Below are positions 28,833 to 37,500 of a DNA stretch of 64,000 nucleotides, in pieces (position 1 is the first letter of the stretch; each line of letters begins with the position of its first letter). The position numbers were made by a program, and so were the translations under genes. Under the pieces are notes generated by a model. That model had not been told where the DNA came from. It saw nothing but the letters and a program-made list of their open reading frames with translations, and ran no database searches. This stretch comes from an uncultured delta proteobacterium. GTDB taxonomy: Bacteria; Myxococcota_A; Polyangia; Polyangiales; Polyangiaceae. Location of the stretch: contig CAWAIF010000003.1 in assembly GCA_963782055.1 (NCBI GenBank), positions 2,848,001-2,912,000 of the forward strand, in the 5' to 3' direction.

Positions 28833-29422
28833 GCACCGTCGCGATCGAGAAGCTGAAGGCCCACCTCGGCGAAGCGGTCATCGAGACGCACGATCACCTG
28901 GGTGACGACACCGCGGTGGTGACGCCGGAGGCCTGGAAGGCCGCCTGCAAGCTGCTGCGGGAAGACTCCTCGCTGGACTTCAACCTCTTCGTGGACCTCT
29001 GCGCGGTCGACTACCCCGAGCGTCTGCCCCGCTTCGAGGTCGTCCTGCACCTGTACTCGGTGACCAGGCGCCACCGCATCCGCCTCAAGACTCGTGTCGG
29101 CGACGAAGAGGGCGAAGGCGCCGAGCTGGACTCCATCGTCTCCATCTGGCCGGGCGCCAACTGGCTGGAGCGCGAGACCTTCGACATGATGGGCGTGGTC
29201 TTCAAGGGTCACCCCGACCTGCGCCGCATCCTGATGTACCCCGAGTTCGTGGGGCACCCGCTGCGCAAGGACTACCCGGCGCAGAAGACGCAGCCGCTCA
29301 TCCCGTATCGCACCGAGGACGAGGCCGGCGTCATCCTGGACAAGCTGGCCCCCTTCGGCGCCGACGAGGGCATGGCCTTCGGCCGCAGGTGGTACGAGCC
29401 CGAGACCGGGGGCGAGAGCTGA
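28829..29422 (+). CDS. nuoC: NADH-quinone oxidoreductase subunit C
   Basis: DLCAVDY, ANWLERETFDMMG, HPDLRRIL, GHPLRKDYP. Confidence 0.96.
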
Positions 29423-30636
29423 TGGAACCCGTCGATCTGGAACTCGAAGAAGGCGAGCTGGAGCTTCCCTCGGAGCCCATGCACCTCAACATGGGCCCGT
29501 CGCACCCGGCGATGCACGGCACCGTGCGCGTCGTGCTGGAGCTCTCCGGCGAGAACATCGTGAAGGCCGACGTGCAGGTGGGCTACCTGCACCGCGGCTT
29601 CGAGAAGATGTGCGAGCGCGGCACGTGGGCGCAGGTCTTCCCCTACGCCGACAGGCTCAACTACGTCTCGCCCATGCTCAACAACGTGGGCTTCGCCCTC
29701 GCCGTCGAGAAGATGTGCGGCATCGAGGTCCCCGAGCGCTGCCAGTGGTACCGCATGATCCTCGGCGAGCTGGCGCGCATCAGCGACCACCTCACCTGCG
29801 ACGGTGCCATGGCGATGGAGCTCGGCGCCTTCACGCCCTTCCTCTGGTGGATGCGCGCCCGCGAGATGGTCTGGGACGTCCTGGAGGAGGAGACCGGCGC
29901 CCGCCTGACGCACTCCTTCGGCCGCATCGGCGGCATGGCCAAACCCCCGACGCCCGGCCTGGGCGAGATGGTCCGCGGCGTCGTGCCGAAGATCCTCTCC
30001 ATCGTGAACGAGGGCGAGAAGATGCTGCTCACCAACCGCATCTTCATGGACCGCATGGAGAACGTCGGGGTGATCAGCGGCGACGACGCGCTCGCCCTCG
30101 GCTGGACGGGCCCCTGCCTGCGCGCGTCGGGCGTGCCCTACGACATCCGCAAGGCGCACCCGTACCTCAAGTACGACGAGGTCGACTTCGAGGTCCCCGT
30201 CGGCACCCGCGGCGACACCCTGGACCGCTTCCTCGTGCGCCTCGCCGAGATGCGCCAGAGCGCGCACATCCTCGCGCAGTGCATCGACCGCATGCCCGAT
30301 GAAGGCCCGGTCAACGCCGACGACCCGCGTGTCGTCCTGCCCGAGAAGCACGATGTCTACACGACCATCGAGGCCACCATCCAGCACTTCAAGGTGGTGA
30401 TGGAGGGCGCCAAGGTCCCCGCCGGCGAGTGCTACTCCTACACCGAGGGTGGCAACGGCGAGCTGGGCTTCTACCTCGTATCCGACGGGAGCGGCACGCC
30501 CTACCGCGTCCGCATCCGGCCACCTTGCTTCACCATCGTCAGCGGGCTGGAGAGGCTCATCACCGGGCGCATGCTGAGCGACATCATCCCGACGTTCGGG
30601 TCGCTCAACATGATCGGCGGGGAGTGCGACCATTGA
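29422..30636 (+). CDS. nuoD: NADH-quinone oxidoreductase subunit D
   Basis: NMGPSHPAMHG, GYLHRGFEK, DRLNY, PYRVRIRPP, GECDH. Confidence 0.96.
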   Translation: MEPVDLELEEGELELPSEPMHLNMGPSHPAMHGTVRVVLELSGENIVKADVQVGYLHRGFEKMCERGTWAQVFPYADRLNYVSPMLNNVGFALAVEKMCGIEVPERCQWYRMILGELARISDHLTCDGAMAMELGAFTPFLWWMRAREMVWDVLEEETGARLTHSFGRIGGMAKPPTPGLGEMVRGVVPKILSIVNEGEKMLLTNRIFMDRMENVGVISGDDALALGWTGPCLRASGVPYDIRKAHPYLKYDEVDFEVPVGTRGDTLDRFLVRLAEMRQSAHILAQCIDRMPDEGPVNADDPRVVLPEKHDVYTTIEATIQHFKVVMEGAKVPAGECYSYTEGGNGELGFYLVSDGSGTPYRVRIRPPCFTIVSGLERLITGRMLSDIIPTFGSLNMIGGECDH

Positions 30637-30699
30637 GGCCGGCCGCAGGCCGAACGGCGCGAAGACTGAGTCCGGCGAACTGAGCGAGAAACAGCGACC

Positions 30700-32295
30700 A
30701 TGCCCACCTTCAAGCTCGACGGAAAAGAGATCCCCTTCCAGCCCGGCGAGACCATCATCACCGCCGCCTGGAAGCAGGGCATCGAGATCCCACACTACTG
30801 CTGGCACCCGGGCCTCTCGGTGGCCGCCAACTGCCGCATGTGCCTGGTGGAGATCGTCCCCGGGCCGAACCAGCGCGCCATGCTGCTGGACATCCTGGAG
30901 TGGGACGCCGCCGCACACGACTACACGCCGGTCCGCAAGCCGAAGCTCCAGCCCGCCTGCCAGATCCAGGCCGCCGAGGGCATGGAGGTCCGCTCCGACT
31001 CGAGCGAGCACGTGCGCACCGCCCGCAAGGACGTGCAGGAGTTCTTGCTCCTCAACCACCCGGTGGACTGCCCCATCTGCGATCAATCGGGCGAGTGCAA
31101 GCTGCAGGACTACTGGCTGGAGCACGGCCAGTACCACAAGCGCCGCCGCGACGAGCCGGTGCACAAGCCGAAGGGCGTGGTCTTCGGGCCGACCATCGTC
31201 TACGACGCCGAGCGCTGCGTGATGTGCACGCGCTGCATCCGCTTCATGGACGAGGTGGCGAAGGACCCCGTCCTCGACATGCGCGAGCGCGGCAACCTGC
31301 GCGAGATCACCGTCTCCCCCGGCAAGGAGCTCACCGGCAAGTACACCTTCATGGTGGAGCAGGTGTGCCCCGTCGGCGCGCTCACCACCAAGGACTTCCG
31401 CTTCAAGGCGCGCGTGTGGTTCTTGCGCGGCGCCAAGAGCGTCTGCCAGGGCTGCGCGACGGGCTGCAACGCATGGCTGGACTTCGACCCGCGCCACAAC
31501 CTGGCCGAACGCTACCGCTCCCGGGAGAACGACGAGGTCAACAAGTTCTGGATGTGCGACGACGGCATGCTGACCTACAAGCGCGCCCACGAGGGCCGCG
31601 TGGTCGACCCGCGCACCAAGAAGGTCGCCTCCCTGGCGAAGGCGCACGCCCGGGCGAAGGAGCTGCTCGAGGGCGTCCCGCCGGAGTCGGTCGCCATCCT
31701 GCTCTCGGCGCAGCACAGCCTGGAGGACAACTGGGCGGCGCGCGAGCTCGGGCGCATGCTCGGCGCGCAGAACGCCTTCTTCACCGCCGCGCCCGACGGC
31801 TACGAGGACGACATCCTCATCCACAAGGACAAGAACTCCAACCGCGAGGGCGTCAAGGTGATCGCGCCGGAGGCGAAGCCCTTCGCCGACCTGCTCTCGG
31901 CGATCGCCGACGGCGGCGTGCGACACGTCATCGCGCTGGGCGGGGAGACCCCCGGCGGCGAGTCCGACGGCGAGGCGCTCAAGAAGCTGGACGCCCTCAT
32001 CACCATCGCCGCCCACGAGAGCGCCCTCACCCGGGCCGCCCACGTCGTGCTCCCGGCCACGTCCTGGGCGGAGCACTCCGGCACCTACGTCAACGCCAAG
32101 GGCCTGCGCCAGGTCGCCGAGAAGGCGCTCGAGCCCCAGGGCACGAGCGAGCCGGGCTGGCGTCAGCTCGCCGAGCTCGCCACGGCGCTCGGCTACGAGC
32201 CCACCTGGAGCAAGCTCAAGGAGATCCGCGTGAAGCTGGGCACGCCGGATCCCAAGCTCGAAGTCCTCCCCACCACCTCCACCCAGCTGGTGTGA
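30700..32295 (+). CDS. nuoG: NADH-quinone oxidoreductase subunit G (short form)
   Basis: IPHYCWH, CRMC, NHPVDCPICDQSGEC, RCVMCTRC, CPVGAL, CQGCATGC. Confidence 0.92.
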   Translation: MPTFKLDGKEIPFQPGETIITAAWKQGIEIPHYCWHPGLSVAANCRMCLVEIVPGPNQRAMLLDILEWDAAAHDYTPVRKPKLQPACQIQAAEGMEVRSDSSEHVRTARKDVQEFLLLNHPVDCPICDQSGECKLQDYWLEHGQYHKRRRDEPVHKPKGVVFGPTIVYDAERCVMCTRCIRFMDEVAKDPVLDMRERGNLREITVSPGKELTGKYTFMVEQVCPVGALTTKDFRFKARVWFLRGAKSVCQGCATGCNAWLDFDPRHNLAERYRSRENDEVNKFWMCDDGMLTYKRAHEGRVVDPRTKKVASLAKAHARAKELLEGVPPESVAILLSAQHSLEDNWAARELGRMLGAQNAFFTAAPDGYEDDILIHKDKNSNREGVKVIAPEAKPFADLLSAIADGGVRHVIALGGETPGGESDGEALKKLDALITIAAHESALTRAAHVVLPATSWAEHSGTYVNAKGLRQVAEKALEPQGTSEPGWRQLAELATALGYEPTWSKLKEIRVKLGTPDPKLEVLPTTSTQLV

Positions 32296-32297
32296 CG

Positions 32298-33665
32298 ATG
32301 ACGTGGTCGATGATCGGTTGGACCTTCCTCAAGATCGCCATCATGGTGGGCGTGGTCGTCAACGGCGCCGCCATCCTCACCTGGTACGACCGCCGCGGCG
32401 GCGCGCTGATGCAGGATCGCGTCGGCCCCAACCGCGCCGTCGTGAAGGTGTTCGGCCGCGAGTTCCGGCTCGCGGGCATGCTCCATCCCCTGGCGGACGG
32501 CCTGAAGTTCTTCTTCAAGGAGGACTACATGCCGCCGCGCGCCGACAAGCTGCTCTTCGGCCTGGCGCCCATCCTCTCCATGATGCCCGTCATCGCGCTC
32601 GTCGCGGTGATCCCCTTCGGGGACACGGTCTGCCCGAACGAGTTCGTGCACGGCGCCATCGTCTCGCGCTACGGCGTGTGCGGCGTGGAGCTCGGCGCTC
32701 ACCACACGGTCTGGGCGCCCATCCAGCTCATGGTGGCGCCGCTCAACGTGGGCCTGCTCTACATCTTCGCCATGGCGGGGCAGGGCATCGTCGGCGCGGC
32801 GATCGCCGGCTGGTCCAGCGACAACAAGTACTCCCTGATGGGAGCGCTGCGCGCCGCCAGCCAGATGGTCAGCTACGAGGTGGCCATGGGCCTGTCCCTC
32901 GTCGGCACCATGATGCTCTACGGCACCATCCGCCTGGACGACATGGTCCGCTGGCAGGGCGAGCACACCTGGGGCATCTTCGTCCAGCCGCTGGCGTTCT
33001 TCCTCTTCTTCGCCGCGGTCACCGCCGAGTCGAAGCGCATCCCCTTCGATCTGCCGGAGGCGGAGAGCGAGCTGGTGAGCGGGTACTTCACCGAGTACTC
33101 GGGCATGAAGTTCGGCATGTTCTACTTCGCCGAGTACATGGAGGTCATCACCAGCTCGATGCTGATCGTGACCCTCTTCCTCGGCGGGTGGGAGCTGCCC
33201 TTCTTGCACCGCGACGGCCTGACGATCGCCTTCGGCGGGCAGACCCTGCTTCACGCCGGCATCGCGCACTGGGGGATGATCCTCATCAACGTGCTCGCCT
33301 TCTTCGGCAAGGTCGCCGTGATCTGCCTCGTGCAGGCGCAGATCCGCTGGAGCCTCCCGCGCTTCCGCTACGACCAGCTCCAGAAGCTCGGCTGGCGGGT
33401 GATGCTGCCGCTCGCCCTGGCCAACCTGCTGGTGACGGCGGTGGCGTACCTCGCCGTGGACCACGCCGGCGCCAACCTCTGGAACGGCCTGGACATCGTC
33501 GCGGAGTTGACCCAGGCGATCGTGGCGGTCCTGGTGACCTACGGCGTGCTGCGCGGCATCGTGGGGTTCTTCAGACCGCAGCAGCACCAACCCTGGATCG
33601 TCGGCTCCGAGGCCAAGCTCGCCTCGGCCGCCGGCGGGACGGCCACCGGGCCGATGCAGCGCTGA
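32298..33665 (+). CDS. nuoH: NADH-quinone oxidoreductase subunit H
   Basis: QDRVGPN, ADGLKFFFKED, RAASQMVSYE, PFDLPEAESELVSGY, PRFRYDQL. Confidence 0.96.
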   Translation: MTWSMIGWTFLKIAIMVGVVVNGAAILTWYDRRGGALMQDRVGPNRAVVKVFGREFRLAGMLHPLADGLKFFFKEDYMPPRADKLLFGLAPILSMMPVIALVAVIPFGDTVCPNEFVHGAIVSRYGVCGVELGAHHTVWAPIQLMVAPLNVGLLYIFAMAGQGIVGAAIAGWSSDNKYSLMGALRAASQMVSYEVAMGLSLVGTMMLYGTIRLDDMVRWQGEHTWGIFVQPLAFFLFFAAVTAESKRIPFDLPEAESELVSGYFTEYSGMKFGMFYFAEYMEVITSSMLIVTLFLGGWELPFLHRDGLTIAFGGQTLLHAGIAHWGMILINVLAFFGKVAVICLVQAQIRWSLPRFRYDQLQKLGWRVMLPLALANLLVTAVAYLAVDHAGANLWNGLDIVAELTQAIVAVLVTYGVLRGIVGFFRPQQHQPWIVGSEAKLASAAGGTATGPMQR

Positions 33666-33679
33666 CGGGAGAATCATTG

Positions 33680-34336
33680 ATGGGTCAAGCATTTCCCAAG
33701 AAGCCGCCCCAGCCCCCGAAGGCGACGCCCGTCGTCCACGCCGAGCGGACCTTCACCACGCAGGCCTACCTCCCCGCGATCTTCGAGGGCCTCTCGCAGT
33801 CCTTCCGGCATCTATTCCGCAACGCGCGGCAGGTGATCCGGGGCCAGCAGCCCGACCCGATCACCGAGCGCCTGGAGGACGGGGTCACGACGATCTCCTA
33901 CCCGGAGCAGCGGCGCCCCTACCCGGAGCGCTTCCGCGGTGTCCACCGCCTGACGCAGCGAGAGGACGGCAGCCCCCGCTGCGTGGCGTGCCTCTGCTGC
34001 TCCACGGCGTGCCCGGCGCAGTGCATCTTCATCGAGCCGGGGGAGTACGAGCCGGGCGACAAGCGCCGGGGCTACGAGCGCTACCCGGTCAAGTTCGTCA
34101 TCGACGAGCTACGCTGTATCTTCTGCGGGTACTGCGTCGAGGCCTGCCCCTGCGACGCCATCCGCATGGATACAGGCGCCCACGCCGCCCCGTACGACTC
34201 GCGCGAGCAGTTCATCTACGCCAAGGAGCTCCTGCTCCACATCCCGGGCCGGGACGGCAATTTCCTCACCGAGAACCCGCGCCACGAGCCCGGGGATGCC
34301 ACGCACCCCGGCCTGACGCGCGAGCACAGGCACTGA
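33680..34336 (+). CDS. nuoI: NADH-quinone oxidoreductase subunit I
   Basis: TISYPE, RFRGVH, CVACLCCSTACP, CIFCGYCVEACP. Confidence 0.95.
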   Translation: MGQAFPKKPPQPPKATPVVHAERTFTTQAYLPAIFEGLSQSFRHLFRNARQVIRGQQPDPITERLEDGVTTISYPEQRRPYPERFRGVHRLTQREDGSPRCVACLCCSTACPAQCIFIEPGEYEPGDKRRGYERYPVKFVIDELRCIFCGYCVEACPCDAIRMDTGAHAAPYDSREQFIYAKELLLHIPGRDGNFLTENPRHEPGDATHPGLTREHRH

Positions 34337-34556
34337 GAGGTCGCAGGGGCGGCGCCCTCCGCCTCTCCCCACGCGGGCCCCTCGCGGGCGTGGCCGGCTG
34401 ACGTCAGCGGGCGACGTGACCGGCGGCGCGATTGACGCGGGGCATCGTGGCCGTCTTTCCGTGCGTATCGGGTAGCTTGTGCCGGCTCCTTTCCGGTACC
34501 ATCGCGGCCCACAACGCGCGCCCGGTGTCGTCGTGCCCGGGCGCCGGGAGACCACC

Positions 34557-37500
34557 TTGAGCGCCAACATCGACATCCTGCGCAGTGAGCTCGAGCGGCT
34601 TTTCTCGCTCGAGGAGATGACGCAAATCAGCGAGCTCGTCGGCCTGGGGCCGGAGCAGGTCGGAGGTCAGACGGCGAAGGCCACCTTCGCCCGCGCGCTC
34701 GCCGAGCACTGCGTGGAGGGCGATCGCGTCGAGGCCCTGGTCGACGCGGTGCTGTCGATGCGCAAGGAGGTCGACCCGCGCCTGCGCGACGTCGCCGCGC
34801 TGCTCGGTGAGCCGGAGCTCCCGCCCGGCAAGGAGTTCGGTGCGTTCACCATCGACAAGAAGCTCTCCGCCACCGAGATGGGCGTCGTCTACCTCGCCAA
34901 GCGCGACGGCACCGCGCACATCCTCAAGACCCTGCGCCGCGAGGCCGCGCGCGATCGCCGCGCCGTGCACCGCTTCCTCACGCGCAACCGCCTCGTCGCC
35001 AAGGTCCAGCACGAGGGTCTGCCCAAGAACATCGACGCCGGAGAGGTGGAGGGCACCTTCTACGTCGCCTACGAGAACGTCGACGCGCAGCCGCTCGCCG
35101 CGCGCTTCGCGCGGACCGGGCCGTCGCACATCAACGAGCTGCGCCCCATCCTGCGCGGCATCCTGGAGCCGCTCGCCGCGCTCCACAAGGCGCAGCTCTC
35201 CCACGGCGACCTGAAGCTGGATCACGCTCTCGTCGCGCGCGGCGGCGACGCCCACTCGGCGAAGGTCGTGCTCATCGACTTCGGCGGGGATCGCCTTCGC
35301 CCGCGCATGACCCCCACGACGGGGCAGTTCGGGCTGCTCGCCGTCTACGGCTCCCCCAAGACGATCGCCCCCGAGCAGGTGCGCGGCAAGCCGGGGGACG
35401 CCAAGACCGACGTCTACGCCTTCGGGGCGATGCTCTACGAGCTGCTCAGCGGCAAGCCGGTCTTCCCCGCCGACAGCCCCTCCGACGCCGCGTTCGCGCA
35501 CCTCAAGGAGACGCCGGAGCCGCCCAGCTCCAAGGCCCCGCGCGGCTGGGTCACCAAGGAGGTCGACGCCTTCGTCCTCTCGCTGCTCGCGAAGGATCCC
35601 GCGCAGCGCCCGCGCGACGCCGCCGCCCTGCTCGACGTGATGGAGACGCTCGGCAAGCCCGCCGCCGCCGCCAAGGCGCCCGCGCAGCTCCTCCCGCAGG
35701 AGAAGGTGGACGAGCTGGTGGACGCGCTCGTCGCCATGCCGGAGGACGCCGAGGCGGCCATCGCCCTGGAGAAGGCGGTGGACCAGGTGGCCGACCCGGC
35801 CAAGATCGCCGAGGCCTTCGCCATCGCCGCCGATCAGCTCGAGGTCAAGACCGACGACGACAAGGAGACCAAGAAGAGCCTGCTCTACCGCGCCGCGCGC
35901 ATCTTCGACAACCAGGCGAAGGACAAGCCCAGGGCCGAGGACATGTACTCGCTCATCTGCGAGGTCGACCCCGACGACGACGTCGCCCAGGTCGCCCTGG
36001 AGGAGGTGCGCAAGGCGCAGGGCAAGTACGAGGAGATCGTCGAGATGCTCCTCGGCCGCAGCGAGAAGGCGGAGCCCGGCGAGGCGCGCGCCCGCATCAT
36101 GTCGGAGATCGGCCGCCTCTACACCTCCGAGCTGGACGACGCGGAGCAGGCGCTCGTCGCCTACACGCAGGCGCTGTGCGAGCTCCCCACCGACGACGAG
36201 ATCGTCTCGGAGGTGGAGCGCCTGGCCGGCCACAAGGCCGAGCGCTGGCACGAGGTGCTCGGCACGCTGACGGAGGCGGTGAAGATCGAGGGCCTCGCCG
36301 CCGCCGACCGCAACGCGCTGCTCGCGCTGGCGGGCCGGTGGTACGAGAGCAAGATCTCCCGCGCCGACATGGCGCTGATGGCCTACCAGCAGATCATGGT
36401 GACCGACCCGGCGAGCGACGTGGCCACCGAGGGCCTCACCAACATCTACCGCAAGGCGCAGCAGTGGCCGGAGCTCGCCGCCATCCTGCTCGCGCGCGCC
36501 GACGCCGCCGGCGCGAGCCCCAAGGGCCGCGACCTGCGCACCGAGGCCGGCGAGATCTTCGAGAACAAGCTGGGCGACGTGAAGCGCGCCAAGGACATCT
36601 ACGGCGCGGTGCTCGCCGACGACCCGGGCCACGCCCGCGCGGGGGAGGCTCTCGCTCGGATCGCCGAGCGGGAAGGGGACTTCCAGACGCTCGTCACCCT
36701 CCTGGAGAGCCGCGCGGAGGCCCGCCGCGGCCAGGAGCGCGCCGAGATCCTCGGCAAGATCGCCGAGGCGTACGAGGACCACCTCGGCGATCTGAACGAG
36801 GCCACCCGCCGCTACGAGGCCGTGCTCGCCATCGACCCGGAGAACCTCGGCGCCCTCAAGGGCCTCGACCGCATCTTCAACCGCACCGGCCGCTACCGCG
36901 AGCTCCTGGAGGTCCTGGAGCGGCAGGTGAGCGTCGCCGCCACCCCGCGCCAGAAGATCAACCTCTTCGAGCGCATGGCCGCGCTCTACGACGAGGAGTT
37001 CCTCGACCACGCGAAGGCCGCCGAGGCTCTGGAGTCCATCCTGGCGATCGACGCGGCGAACGACGGAGCCCTCACCGGGCTGGCCCGCCATTACCGCGCG
37101 CAGGGCAAGTGGGAAGAGGTCGTGAAGCTCTACGAGCGGCACGCCGCCACGACGACCGACGAGTCCCGCCGCGTCGAGCTGCTGCTCACCCGCGCGCGCA
37201 CCCTCGCCGACCAGGTGGGCTCGCCGGAGCGCGCCACGCACGCCTACGAGCAGGTCCTGGAGATGGTGCCCGGCCACGGCGGCGCGCTGGAGGCGCTCGC
37301 CCGCCTCCGCGAGGCCAGCGGCGACGCCAACGCCGCCCTCACGGCCATCGAGGCCCTCGCCGCCAAGGCGCAGACGCCCGAGCAGAAGGCGGAGACGTGG
37401 ATCCGCGCGGCCAAGCTGCTGGAGTCGCGCGGGGACCGCGACGGCGCGATCGAGCGCTACAAGCTCGCCCTCGAGGCGAACCCCAAGGACACCTTCGCGA

